In this document: piece after piece, positions 29,523-39,642 of the stretch
Layout: every line of letters begins with the position of its first letter
Numbering within the stretch: the stretch's first letter is position 1
NCBI GenBank assembly: GCA_963662405.2
Contig: CAXXKT010000001.1
Span: 320,001 to 384,000, forward strand
Length of the DNA stretch: 64,000 bases
Direction of reading: 5' to 3'
Source of the DNA: Syntrophales bacterium
GTDB taxonomy: Bacteria; Desulfobacterota; Syntrophia; Syntrophales; UBA2210
The notes under the pieces: generated by a model
Databases searched by the model: none
Told to the model about the DNA's origin: nothing
Seen by the model: the letters and a program-made list of their open reading frames with translations, nothing else
Program-made: the position numbers and the translations under genes

Positions 29523-29772
29523 CAGTTTTGCCCTTTACGGGACGAGGCTCCTCATCGGGGAAGGTGCTTTTGATAAAGAGATAAAAATTCCTGAAACCGG
29601 CGGCAACACCTACCACCAAAAGCAGGGGAGTAAAGATGTTGCTGGTTCCCACCTTTTTGTCAAGGTAAACCCCGAGCATGAGGCAGCCAAAGATAGCGAT
29701 CACCATGGCAAGGCCGAGGCTCGCCGCATATCCCATCTGAAAGAACACTCTCTTCTTGTTGGCATCATGCAT
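29482..29772 (-). CDS. AtpZ/AtpI-family (ATPase gene 1) protein
   Basis: GLAMVIAIFGCLMLGVYLDKK...GVAAGFRN. Confidence 0.88.
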   Translation of the reverse strand: MHDANKKRVFFQMGYAASLGLAMVIAIFGCLMLGVYLDKKVGTSNIFTPLLLVVGVAAGFRNFYLFIKSTFPDEEPRPVKGKTGDGYKKNDPAAKG

Positions 29773-29822
29773 CGCCGGACCGCCTATAGCATACTGGTTA
29801 TGTGAAGTCAATAGGGGAAAAC

Positions 29823-30269
29823 CTACACACCGAACCGCGCATCGACTTTAAACCTTCGTTTGACCGGCATACTGACGATATCGGTTATCCCCGTCTCTTC
29901 CGAGATACAAGAGATCGCCTTCTGAATTTCTTCTCCGGTTGACCCGATGAAGGTAAACCAGATGTTATAACCATGGTCCCTCAGATAATGATGGGTAACT
30001 CCTTTGTACGCATTGACGATCGCCACAAATCTCTCCAATTGTCTTTCAGGAACTCTCGCGGCACAGAGCGTACTCACAAAACCGAGCTTGGCCGTATCAA
30101 AAACGCCCCCGATCCTGCGGATAACCCCCCGCTCCTTGAGCGCCCTGATTCGCTCCAAGACAAGATCCTCTTCGACCGATAGCCGTTCAGCCAAGAGGCT
30201 GAACGGTTCAACGTCAAGGGGAAACTCGTGCTGCAGCATATTGAGGATGTCTCTGTCTATCGTATCCAT
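29823..30269 (-). CDS. ahbA: Siroheme decarboxylase alpha-like (AhbA/NirDL, AsnC fold)
   Basis: MDTIDRDILNMLQHEFPL..EPF...GVIRRIG...LGFVSTLCAARV...GVTHHYLR..YNIWFT. Confidence 0.8.
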   Translation of the reverse strand: MDTIDRDILNMLQHEFPLDVEPFSLLAERLSVEEDLVLERIRALKERGVIRRIGGVFDTAKLGFVSTLCAARVPERQLERFVAIVNAYKGVTHHYLRDHGYNIWFTFIGSTGEEIQKAISCISEETGITDIVSMPVKRRFKVDARFGV

Positions 30270-30349
30270 CCGTGACCTGGTTTCCTGTGCACATACCGAT
30301 TCAGGCATCCACTCTTTCTAAACCCGTCACCGGCTGCATGATCGCGGAA

Positions 30350-30631
30350 TTACTCCACGGTGATTATATCTTTGTTGGCCTGATACGTCTTCGGTCCGAT
30401 GCCTCTGACCTTCATGATGTCTTCCGCCTTTGCAAAAGGACCGTTGGCTTCCCTGTATTGGACGATCCGCTCAGCATACCGAGGGCCTATCCTCTTGAGT
30501 TTGATAAGCTCTTCAACCGGTGCGGTATTGATATTGATCCTTCCCCCCTCGTCAGCCAGGGCTATCGGAACCACCGACAGCATAAACAGCGCAGCAACAA
30601 ACATGACAAATACCTTGCGATATCTTTTCAT
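30350..30631 (-). CDS. comEA: ComEA-like helix-hairpin-helix DNA-binding protein
   Basis: Signal peptide; ININTA...GPRYAERIVQYR...VRGIGPK. Confidence 0.88.
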   Translation of the reverse strand: MKRYRKVFVMFVAALFMLSVVPIALADEGGRININTAPVEELIKLKRIGPRYAERIVQYREANGPFAKAEDIMKVRGIGPKTYQANKDIITVE

Positions 30632-30861
30632 ATAGTCACCTCCTCAAGACCGGTGACGGGTTATAGAAAGAACGCCTTAAAGCTCTATTTTTACCCTTTT
30701 TCAGATATTTCTTCAAGAATAATACCGTGCCAGGCATCAGGAATTCCCTTCCGCCCAAGCCACCTCACCGCAACCGTACAGAGCCCTTCAGGGATTTTAC
30801 ATGATCGATGCCTTCTCGTTTAAACCTTTGGAATAACGGCACAAGAAACTCCCTGCCGAAT

Positions 30862-33831
30862 TCATGAGAGGGAAAGAACGATCCGTGCCGTGTCGTCCTG
30901 CGCAGTATCCCTGACCTGCACATCGAGAATAAAGATCCGCTCGTTTTCGATCTTTCCTTTTTGTATCAGGTGCCCCTTGATCCGCTGGGCCCGTTCCTTT
31001 GCCAATTGTCGCAGGTCGACATCTGCAACAGTGGCGGCATCGATCAAAAACCGTTCCATTGCCCGGTCGGTATCCACGGGCTTTCCTTTATCCGCGCCTT
31101 TGTCTTTTTGTGTGGTTTCGTACGCTTTTTTCAGAAGGCGTTGATATTCCGCATCGGACAGGATGATATCATCCACCGCCGGGGGCACCTTTTTGCCGGC
31201 GCCTCTCAGCTCATCGGCCTTCAATTTCCTGAGCGTCCTTATCAGCTCTTTTTCGGCCAGGGCCGCTCGATCCGATGTCCTGTCGGCAGTTCCCCTGATT
31301 TCGAGCCGGAGTGCCGGTCGTTCATTGAGGGATCGGGCCAGCATGTCCAGCTTCTTCATCTGCTCCGGTGTCACCTCGGCACTACCGTATGCAAAATCGA
31401 TATGACTGAGGTCCTCCCCACCCCCGAAGAGACTGCCGAGAAGGGCGAAGGGAGAGGTAACGACCTTGGTAATCAGGTTCATGAACGCCTTGAAAACAAG
31501 CTGACCGTAGCTGAATTCCGGATCATCGATGTCTCCCTTTACCGGCAGGTCGATATTGATGTTTCCCTGACGATCTTTGAGCAAACCGACGGCGAGAGTC
31601 ACGGGCAGTTTCGTGGCCGAGGGGCTTTCCACCCGCTCACCCAGGGTAAGTTGATTCAGAAAAAGTTTATTCTCGCCGATGAGCTTGCTTCCCTGAAGCG
31701 TGTAGTCAAGATCGAGGGACATCTTCCCTTTCCTGATCGCATACCCTGCAAATTTCCCTGAATATGGAGTCAGAGTGGTCAGTTCCATGTTTTTGAAAGA
31801 AAGGGCCACATCAATGAACCTGGCAGGACTGAGGGGGTTGATCTTCCCCGTTATCCTGACGGGGGCGTATCGGTCCACGGCCCCCGTCAGGGAGACATCC
31901 GCCCGCGCGGAGGGATCGGAAGACAGCCCCTTGATCTCACCGTTCAGGTCCTGGATACCGACGGCAAAATTCGGTGTGAGAGAAAAATCGGCAAAATTCA
32001 ACGACCCGTCTGAAATCCTGACCGTATCGATGGTCGTGGCAAATGCCTTTTTCCCGTCATCGACTTCCTCCACAGCGGATGATGGTGAGGACACGGTTTC
32101 AGCCCGTTCCGCGTTATCCTCTTGTGCGAAAACGGCCGTCAGATTCACGGTTCGGTCCGGAAAGATGACAATCTTGGCATACGGTTTGGTCAAGGCAATA
32201 TCGGCAACGTGCAATCTATCGGGCGACAGATCAATCTCCATACCACTCAGCACCAGGGATTCCCATTTGAGGAGATCTTCGTTGTGGGTCCTGTCCTCGG
32301 CATCGAAACCGTCGACGCGGAACATTCCCCGGTAAAGCAGCGCAGGGGTCTTTTCTCCCGCATTGTTATAACGCACCGTTCCGCCGAGACCCACGGTCCC
32401 TTCCACGATGGTGCTCTTCACAAACGGGTCGAGATACGGCTGGAAGTGCTTCAGGGCGATTTTTGAAAGACTCACCGAGCAATCCAGCATCATGGGATCC
32501 AGGCAGACGCTACCCTTTATCTCCATCGTACCCGTCCGATTGACGGTCAGACCCAGGTCGATCGAGGACTGCGATCCGGCGCGGCTCGTTACATCTTTGA
32601 TATGCAGATCAATCGGGTCGAGAGAGGTGTACACCGGTGTGGCATACATCCGATCTTCAAATGCAATGCCATAATCCTCCAGAGAGAGGTCGCCGATATC
32701 GATACGCCATGCCTCCCCTTTCTCTTCTATCACACCTTCCGCACGTGGGTTCGGGCACTCACCCCGTTTCCCGGGCGGAGGAGCGAATACCGTCTGAAGA
32801 CTCAGGCTCCCATCCGAATCACGCCAACCGGCGATGGCGGCATGAGCGGAGGTCACGGACCCAATCGAGAGCACCTTCTTTTCGAGGTTGAGTCCCACGT
32901 TCCGACAGGCCATCAGGGGGACGGATATGAGCGTTTCCGGCACGCCCTTTTCGCAGAGGGCGACGTCCGTGATCGTCAGGGAGCCGTCTTTCAGGTCGAA
33001 ACGGTCGGTACCCGGGCCGGCCTCAAACACATACCGCAACCCGACATCCATTGATCCTTTCGTTATCTCGAAGTTGACTCGATCCCGCACATACTCCCAC
33101 AGGGTTCGCAATATGACCCCGCGGAGTTCGACCGTTCCCTGTGACCGCAGGGGGTTGATCGACAGATCACCTTTCCATTCTACCTCCCCTCCCCTGCCCA
33201 AATTTGCGACAAATTGGAATACGCCGTCATCGTCCTTCCGGGTACTAAACCCGTCCAGTGAGATTTGAATCGGAAACAGCTGCGCATCAAACGGCTCGGA
33301 CTGCGAAAGGTCTGAAAAGGTAAAACGACCCCGGTCTATCTGCAACCGATGAACCAGTACGGGTGCAATCTGCCCTTCAGGAGGCGTATCACCAGAGGGC
33401 ATCTCGGCGGATTGACCGCCTTCTGCGGGGGCCAAAACCGACCAGTTCAGGGAACCGTCGGGGAGGACCTCCACCAATCCCTCAGGGCCGACAATCCGAA
33501 TGGCGGAAAAGGTGTACGCGCGGTGGAAGAGAGATGAAAGGTCAAAATCAACATACAGCTCTTCAAATCGTGCCAAGGTCTTTTCCCCGGCCTTGACCTC
33601 GCACCCTCCGAGGGTGACGGACAAGGCAAAGGGATTGATCGCCACGTCGGTCAGCGTTGCTGATACCCCGAATGCATCGGAAACGGCGCTTTCCAGCTTC
33701 ACCTTGAGAATCGGAGGCACCACCCACAAGCCCCCGACGGCGTAAAGGATCACGGCCAAGGCGACAATGACGGCTGTTATTGCACTCGCTCGATACCTTG
33801 AGCTCTTCCCTTTCGCGTCATTTCTCGTCAT
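30862..33831 (-). CDS. DUF748 (AsmA-like) protein with C-terminal OmpA-like region
   Basis: INPFALS, YSGKFAGYAIRKGKM, LPVTLAVGLLKDRQGNINIDLPV, VTSPF, LAKERA. Confidence 0.88.
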   Translation of the reverse strand: MTRNDAKGKSSRYRASAITAVIVALAVILYAVGGLWVVPPILKVKLESAVSDAFGVSATLTDVAINPFALSVTLGGCEVKAGEKTLARFEELYVDFDLSSLFHRAYTFSAIRIVGPEGLVEVLPDGSLNWSVLAPAEGGQSAEMPSGDTPPEGQIAPVLVHRLQIDRGRFTFSDLSQSEPFDAQLFPIQISLDGFSTRKDDDGVFQFVANLGRGGEVEWKGDLSINPLRSQGTVELRGVILRTLWEYVRDRVNFEITKGSMDVGLRYVFEAGPGTDRFDLKDGSLTITDVALCEKGVPETLISVPLMACRNVGLNLEKKVLSIGSVTSAHAAIAGWRDSDGSLSLQTVFAPPPGKRGECPNPRAEGVIEEKGEAWRIDIGDLSLEDYGIAFEDRMYATPVYTSLDPIDLHIKDVTSRAGSQSSIDLGLTVNRTGTMEIKGSVCLDPMMLDCSVSLSKIALKHFQPYLDPFVKSTIVEGTVGLGGTVRYNNAGEKTPALLYRGMFRVDGFDAEDRTHNEDLLKWESLVLSGMEIDLSPDRLHVADIALTKPYAKIVIFPDRTVNLTAVFAQEDNAERAETVSSPSSAVEEVDDGKKAFATTIDTVRISDGSLNFADFSLTPNFAVGIQDLNGEIKGLSSDPSARADVSLTGAVDRYAPVRITGKINPLSPARFIDVALSFKNMELTTLTPYSGKFAGYAIRKGKMSLDLDYTLQGSKLIGENKLFLNQLTLGERVESPSATKLPVTLAVGLLKDRQGNINIDLPVKGDIDDPEFSYGQLVFKAFMNLITKVVTSPFALLGSLFGGGEDLSHIDFAYGSAEVTPEQMKKLDMLARSLNERPALRLEIRGTADRTSDRAALAEKELIRTLRKLKADELRGAGKKVPPAVDDIILSDAEYQRLLKKAYETTQKDKGADKGKPVDTDRAMERFLIDAATVADVDLRQLAKERAQRIKGHLIQKGKIENERIFILDVQVRDTAQDDTARIVLSLS

Positions 33832-34199
33832 GCTTAGCCTCTCGTCGATACGGCCGTAGGATATCCTGCGAGACCCGTTGCGGGAGTCGCAAAACTCACA
33901 AGAGGAAGTTTACACCTTTTTAAGATTTGAGACAAGATTCAGCCGTAGGGTGAAAGAGCTGAAGGATACGAGAAGAAACCGTGCCCTTACGGGAAAACTC
34001 GACGAGCAACGGTATCAAGGGCCTCAGCACGACATCCCCTATTCAATTGATGGGCATGGATGGGTCCATGCCTGTGAGCGTATCCAGACCCGAGGATTCC
34101 ACGTAAACTTTCACTGATAGTCTGTATACGAAGGCTGATCGTCCGTTTCAAACCGAACGGGCATGAGGAATAGTCCCTCTATCACAGAGAGGATTGGGC

Positions 34200-34228
34200 T
34201 TGATAATTCGGCAGTCGGATTGTATAGT
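34200..34228 (+). promoter_or_regulatory. sigma70 promoter of the paaK operon
   Basis: TTGATA-N17-TATAGT. Confidence 0.6.
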
Positions 34229-34255
34229 GCGGAGACACTGTTTGATATAGAGGAG

Positions 34256-35560
34256 ATGACGATGTACTGGGAAGAAGTAATCGAGACGATGCCAAGGGAA
34301 GAGCTGGAAGGCCTCCAGCTTGAACGATTAAAAAAGAGCGTGGCACAGGCATCCACGTCCATCTTTTACGGGGACCTGTTCAAAAAGATAGGGCTCGACC
34401 CGAAGGAGATCACTTCACTGGAGGATATCAGGAAAATCCCCTTCACCACAAAGGATGATCTTCGAGAACACTGGCCTTACGGTTTTCTAGCCACCTCCAA
34501 GGATGATTTGGTCAGGATGCATTCCTCTTCCGGGACGACCGGGAGGGCAACCGTCATCTTTCATACCCAGCATGACATCGACGAGTGGACAAACATCGTG
34601 GCCCGTTCCATGTACATGACGGGGATGCGCCGGAGCGATGTTTTCCAGAACATGATGACCTATGCCCTCTTCACCGGTGGGCTGGGATTCCACTACGGTG
34701 CAGAGAAGGTGGGAGCACTGGTTATCCCCATCGGCGCAGGGAACAGCAAGCGACAGATACAGCTGATGCAGGATTTCGGGACAACGGTCATACATGTTAT
34801 CCCCAGTTATGCCCTGCACCTCACGGCCGTCTTTGAGGAAGTGGGGGTCGATCCGAGAAGGGATACCCAGCTCGCGGTCGCCTTCCTGGGGGCGGAGCCT
34901 CACTCGGAAAAGACACGGAAAAAGATCGAAGAATTCTACGGCGTCAAGGCCTATAATTCGTATGGACTATCGGAGATGGACGGGCCGGGCGTCGCCTTTG
35001 AATGTCCGTACCAGAACGGAATGCATGTCTGGGAAGACAATTTTATTATGGAGATCATCGACCCTGATACCCTGGAACCCGTCCCGGACGGAGAAGAAGG
35101 TGAGCTCGTCATGACGACCCTCCTACGGGAAGGAATGCCCATCCTGAGATACCGGACGAAGGATCTGACACGAATCATCCCCGGGCCCTGTGAGTGCGGC
35201 AGGGTACACCGGCGGATCGAGCGGATCAAGGGGCGGACGGATGATATGCTGATCCTGAAGGGGGTCAACATCTTCCCCATCCAGATAGAAAAAAAATTGA
35301 TGGATATCCCGGGGGTCGGAACGAACTTCCTGATTATCCTGGAGCGGGACGGTTTCAACGACCTTATGATCGTCAGGGTCGAGGTGGGAAAGGAGTTCTT
35401 CTCCGGCGACCTGAAGCAGCTTGAAACCCTGCGGCGCAGGATCGTCGAAGAGCTCAAAAGTGATATCCTGATAACCCCTAAGGTCGAGTTGGTCGAACCC
35501 GGCTCGCTCCCCAAGAGCGAAGGGAAGGCGGTCCGGGTCATTGACAACAGAGAGGAGTAG
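34256..35560 (+). CDS. paaK: Phenylacetate-CoA ligase family protein
   Basis: PFTTKDDLR, HSSSGTTG, GAEP, YGLSE, RYRTKD, GRTDDM; start reset to the ATG after GAGGAG. Confidence 0.92.
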   Translation: MTMYWEEVIETMPREELEGLQLERLKKSVAQASTSIFYGDLFKKIGLDPKEITSLEDIRKIPFTTKDDLREHWPYGFLATSKDDLVRMHSSSGTTGRATVIFHTQHDIDEWTNIVARSMYMTGMRRSDVFQNMMTYALFTGGLGFHYGAEKVGALVIPIGAGNSKRQIQLMQDFGTTVIHVIPSYALHLTAVFEEVGVDPRRDTQLAVAFLGAEPHSEKTRKKIEEFYGVKAYNSYGLSEMDGPGVAFECPYQNGMHVWEDNFIMEIIDPDTLEPVPDGEEGELVMTTLLREGMPILRYRTKDLTRIIPGPCECGRVHRRIERIKGRTDDMLILKGVNIFPIQIEKKLMDIPGVGTNFLIILERDGFNDLMIVRVEVGKEFFSGDLKQLETLRRRIVEELKSDILITPKVELVEPGSLPKSEGKAVRVIDNREE

Positions 35561-35564
35561 AGTG

Positions 35565-36020
35565 ATGACTGCCTATCAACTTTCCATATTCGCGGAGAAC
35601 AAACCGGGCAGGCTGGCAAAGGTGACCCGCATCCTGAGAAAGGGAAAGATCAACATACGCGCCATCACTATCGCCACCTCGGATGCGTTCGGGGTAATCA
35701 ACGCCCTGGTGGATGACCCGGAGCAGGCGCGTGCTCTCCTGGAAGAGGGGGGACTGACCGTGAGCCTGAAGGAGGTGATCGCGGTTGTGATCGAGGATAA
35801 GCCGGGAGGACTCGACCGGCTGATCCAGTTTCTCTTGGATAAGGAAATTAATGTCGAGAACGCCTATGGGTTTGTCCTGGAGAGCAGAGAAAAAGCGGTC
35901 TTCGTGATTGATGTCGACCAGTTGGACAAGACCCAGACGGTTCTGAAAGAGGCGGGGTTCGAGACGCTGGATGCCGCAACCCTTTCTGCCATAGAGCCTT
36001 TTCACTATATGAACTACTAA
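35565..36020 (+). CDS. Tandem ACT-domain protein
   Basis: QLSIFAENKPGRL...EDKPGGL; usual paaK partner. Confidence 0.9.
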   Translation: MTAYQLSIFAENKPGRLAKVTRILRKGKINIRAITIATSDAFGVINALVDDPEQARALLEEGGLTVSLKEVIAVVIEDKPGGLDRLIQFLLDKEINVENAYGFVLESREKAVFVIDVDQLDKTQTVLKEAGFETLDAATLSAIEPFHYMNY

Positions 36021-36074
36021 CCGGTAACAAAACGCCCCCATGTCGAAACGGTCATTAGGGGGGAAAGGACAATC

Positions 36075-36509
36075 GTGGCACACGAAGATGCGGGGCACTA
36101 TGCCGCCAAGCATGCGGAGGGGATCAGGCCTGATCCCGCAATTAGTCAGGCCCTGGAGCAGTTTGTTGCGGAAGGTACCGTCTCATGTGCCGTTCTCCAC
36201 AGGATTGCGAATGATCTAGGCGTTCCGCCCGCCGAGGTGGGGAGGGCAGCCGATCTGATGGAAATTCGGTTGGCCAGATGTCAAATGGGTCTCTTCGGAT
36301 ATACGCCTGAGGGGAGAATTGTCAAACCCGCCGATACGGTTTCACCTGAACTGAAAGCCGCCATACGGATTGCTGTGGTCGATGGGAAGGTCCCCTGCCG
36401 ATCATCCTGGGAAATCGCAAAGCGATTCGGGATCGCCAAGATGAACGTAGCCTGCGCCTGTGAAGCGCTTCATATCAAGATATCTTCCTGCCAGTTGGGC
36501 GCGTTTTAA
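36075..36509 (+). CDS. Hypothetical protein with two Cys-containing repeats
   Basis: VSCA...CQMGLF and VPCR...CQLGAF. Confidence 0.75.
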   Translation: MAHEDAGHYAAKHAEGIRPDPAISQALEQFVAEGTVSCAVLHRIANDLGVPPAEVGRAADLMEIRLARCQMGLFGYTPEGRIVKPADTVSPELKAAIRIAVVDGKVPCRSSWEIAKRFGIAKMNVACACEALHIKISSCQLGAF

Positions 36510-37222
36510 CCGTTTCGTTCATCCCGGGTATAGCTGTTTATAATCTTCAGGATGGTGCGGGCGTTTTTACGCGCACCCTCGATAATCGTTTCCACCGCCA
36601 GGGGTTTATCGACGAGGCCGTGAGCGTAATTATCCACGGAGCAAATCGCTGCGTAGGAAAGCCCCATCTCATCCGCAATCGTCGCCTCGCTCGCCATCGT
36701 CATCCCGATGATATCGGCGAACTGAGACATCAGCCGTATTTCGGCCCGTGTCTCCAGCCGGGGCCCCGATGTCTGCCAGTACACTCCCTTCTCGTATGCG
36801 GGGATTCCCAACCGCCCGGCGGTATGAATCAACATCTGCCTGAGCGGTTCGTTCAGGGAAGGAGTAATATGAGCAACCTTGTCGTGAAAGATGGTGGGTA
36901 CGCCGGAAAGAGAAATATAATCATCCGGTATCACGATCATCCCCGGTACTATGTTGCTCTTCAGTGACCCCGTGGAGTTAATCCCGATGATCTCCTCTGC
37001 ACCCACGTCCCGGAGCGCTGCAAGATTCGCCTGATGATTGATTCGGTGGGGGGGAATGCTGTGCTGTACTTCCATCCCATGTCGCGGGATAAAAACGATC
37101 GCCTCCGAGATGAAGACCAGGGCGCTCCCGAATCGGGTCTCCACGTTGGTCTCTCGCAGGTCCGAGAAAACATCCTCTCCCTGAAGCGGAATGGTGCCGG
37201 AGATGATGCCCACCGGTTTCAT
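36506..37222 (-). CDS. MTAP/methylthioinosine phosphorylase-family nucleoside phosphorylase
   Basis: PRHG, PPHRINHQAN, GPRLETRAE, GMT; VDNY suggests 6-oxopurine preference. Confidence 0.88.
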   Translation of the reverse strand: MKPVGIISGTIPLQGEDVFSDLRETNVETRFGSALVFISEAIVFIPRHGMEVQHSIPPHRINHQANLAALRDVGAEEIIGINSTGSLKSNIVPGMIVIPDDYISLSGVPTIFHDKVAHITPSLNEPLRQMLIHTAGRLGIPAYEKGVYWQTSGPRLETRAEIRLMSQFADIIGMTMASEATIADEMGLSYAAICSVDNYAHGLVDKPLAVETIIEGARKNARTILKIINSYTRDERNG

Positions 37223-37337
37223 GACGGTTTCCCCTCTTCCATATGACCCCGGATCAATACGGGCCGAAACTTGTCGTGTTTGTACCAGATTCCATACCCC
37301 CTGTCAAAACGCTTAAGAGACGAGAATGAAATATTGT

Positions 37338-37366
37338 TTGACATTCAGGAAACGACCCACTACATT
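37338..37366 (+). promoter_or_regulatory. sigma70 promoter of trxA-bamD
   Basis: TTGACA-N17-TACATT. Confidence 0.6.
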
Positions 37367-37397
37367 GGCCGGGAAGAATATGCTGCAGGAGCACGAC

Positions 37398-37733
37398 ATG
37401 GCGGAAAAGGAATTGCTGTTATATGTCAGTGACGAAAGTTTTCAGGGGGTTATTGAGAATAAAGGCTCGGTCCTCGTGGATTTCTGGGCTCCGTGGTGCG
37501 GCCCTTGTCTTGCCATGGCACCTGCCATTGAAGAGCTTGCGACGGAGTATAAGGGGCGGGTGAAGGTCGCAAAGCTCAATGTCGATGAAAGTCCCGCTAC
37601 TGCCGAAAAGTATGGAATCAAGGGCATTCCGACCATTCTCTTTTTTAAGGACGGCAAGCTGGTCGATACCCTGACCGGCCTTATGCCAAAGGATCGTTTG
37701 GAAAAATCCCTCAAAATGGTGCTACAGGTATGA
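37398..37733 (+). CDS. trxA: Thioredoxin
   Basis: DFWAPWCGPC, GIPT. Confidence 0.95.
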   Translation: MAEKELLLYVSDESFQGVIENKGSVLVDFWAPWCGPCLAMAPAIEELATEYKGRVKVAKLNVDESPATAEKYGIKGIPTILFFKDGKLVDTLTGLMPKDRLEKSLKMVLQV

Positions 37734-38413
37734 AACATCGGATTATCATTCTCATGGCCGTCTGTGTGAGTCTCCTTGCCGGGTGCCTGCCATGGTGGGA
37801 GAGAGGTGCATCAAGGCCGAACACACCCGAAGCCCTGTACGCACAAGGGCAGGAGGCATATCGGGACAGAGATTACGAGAAAGCGATCGAGCACTTCCAA
37901 CGGCTCGCGGAAGAATATCCCCTCAACCCGTATGCGATCCCCGCCGAGCTGGGGGTGGCAGACTCGTATTTCAGCGATGAAGACTACGTCTCCGCGGAAG
38001 CCAACTATTCCGATTTTATGGAATTTCACCCAACCAACGAGAATCTCCCTTACGTCATGTATCAGATAGGACTATGCCACTATAGGCAGATGTCCGAAAT
38101 CGATCGGGATCAGACGGAAACCCGGCTGGCTGAGCAATCATTTCAGAAGCTGATTGCGCGGTTTCCCAGCAGCAAATTTTCCTTTCTGGCTGAGGAAAAA
38201 CTGCAGGCATGCAGGCGGAAGATTGGTGAGCATGAGTTTTATGTGGGACGGTTTTACTTCAGTAGCGGAGAATATCGGGCTGCACTGGACCGATTTCAGG
38301 GCATCGAAGAAAAATATCGTGGTTTGGGAATGGATTACAAGACGGGATATTTCATTCGTGAGACAAAGAAACGTCTCGCGATCAACGACCGGAAAAACAA
38401 CGGCCAGGAGTAG
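37730..38413 (+). CDS. bamD: Outer membrane assembly lipoprotein BamD
   Basis: Lipobox LAGC; TPRs; FHPTNE..PYVMY...DRDQTET...HEFYVGRFY. Confidence 0.93.
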   Translation: MKHRIIILMAVCVSLLAGCLPWWERGASRPNTPEALYAQGQEAYRDRDYEKAIEHFQRLAEEYPLNPYAIPAELGVADSYFSDEDYVSAEANYSDFMEFHPTNENLPYVMYQIGLCHYRQMSEIDRDQTETRLAEQSFQKLIARFPSSKFSFLAEEKLQACRRKIGEHEFYVGRFYFSSGEYRAALDRFQGIEEKYRGLGMDYKTGYFIRETKKRLAINDRKNNGQE

Positions 38414-38625
38414 GGAAACGGGATAACACCCGCACGGGCGTTTTCTGTCCCCATTGCTCCCGGGGGGAGCAGGACAGGAAGGTCTTCCTTTCCGGTACCT
38501 GATTCTTCCAAAAAAGAAAATACAGGGGCCCCTGCTGATACCGCTGTTTTAAGGATGAGTTACAAAAAGCCACCCATACCCTCTTCTGTAGCGACACACC
38601 CTGATTATCAAGGAGAAACAACACG

Positions 38626-39642
38626 ATGACCCATCTCAATCTCGTTGCATCAATGTCGGAACCGACATTTTATCCCCACCGGCCGGATACGGTGGAGGTG
38701 ATCCAGACCCACATATCCTTCATCTTCATTGCCGGGGATCAGGTATACAAGATCAAGAAAGCGGTCGATTTCGGCTTTCTTGATTTCACCACCCGTTCGA
38801 AAAGGAAGTATTACTGCGAACAGGAAGTGGTCCTGAATCGGCGGTTCGCCCCCGGTGTCTATATCGATGTAGTGACCATCACCCAGAACGGAGAGGGGAA
38901 GCTCGGGATCGGTGGAGAAGGATCCATTGTTGAGTATGCCGTCAAGATGAAACGGATTCCCGAGGAGCGGATGCTGTATCGCCTCATGGAAGCGGGAAAG
39001 GTGACGGAGGATGACGTAAGGCGCGTGGGCCGATACCTTGCCCAAGCCTACGGGAATATCCCGAGCGATGAAAAGGCACGCGCCTTCGGAACGGGTGAGG
39101 TTATTGCCGCCAATGTGCTGGAAAATTTCGAGCAGACAGGGCAGTACCGCGGGGGACCGGTGAACGCGACCGTATTCGATACCATCGAGGCATGGAGTCG
39201 GTCGTTCATTGAGAAAAACGGATCACTCTTTGCTGTCCGGGAGAAGGAAGGGAACATCAAGGACTGTCACGGCGATCTCCACCTCCAGCATATCTGTATC
39301 GACGGTGATGCGATCTCCATCTTTGACTGTATCGAGTTTAATGAACGGTTTCGGTTCGGGGACGTCGCATCGGATGTTGCCTTTCTCTCGATGGACTTCG
39401 ATTTCAACGGGAGAGAAGATCTGGGTCATATCTTTGTAGATGCCTACATGGTCGAATCGGGGGATACCTTACTGCTCGATGTCCTGAAGTTTTACAAGGT
39501 GTACCGCGCCATGGTCAGGGCGAAGGTAACCTCCTTCATGCTGGACGACAACACCCTCGATCCCGCAGTTCGAGAGGAGGTATTCCGGAAGGCCGAACGG
39601 TATTACCATCTAGCCCATACCTATGTGACTCATGAAGATTGA
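38626..39642 (+). CDS. Aminoglycoside phosphotransferase-like kinase (COG2187, N-terminal half of the Rv2004c-type fusion)
   Basis: QTHISFIF, YKIKK.VDFGFLDF, CHGDLHLQH, FDCIEFNERFR, YRAMVRAKV. Confidence 0.9.
   Translation: MTHLNLVASMSEPTFYPHRPDTVEVIQTHISFIFIAGDQVYKIKKAVDFGFLDFTTRSKRKYYCEQEVVLNRRFAPGVYIDVVTITQNGEGKLGIGGEGSIVEYAVKMKRIPEERMLYRLMEAGKVTEDDVRRVGRYLAQAYGNIPSDEKARAFGTGEVIAANVLENFEQTGQYRGGPVNATVFDTIEAWSRSFIEKNGSLFAVREKEGNIKDCHGDLHLQHICIDGDAISIFDCIEFNERFRFGDVASDVAFLSMDFDFNGREDLGHIFVDAYMVESGDTLLLDVLKFYKVYRAMVRAKVTSFMLDDNTLDPAVREEVFRKAERYYHLAHTYVTHED

Noticed and set aside
30717..30732. sigma54-like TGGCACG upstream of comEA
   Set aside because: The -12 position reads TATT, lacking the essential GC
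38440..38480. GC-rich hairpin after bamD as an ncRNA
   Set aside because: Single hairpin, no recognisable family and no second copy seen
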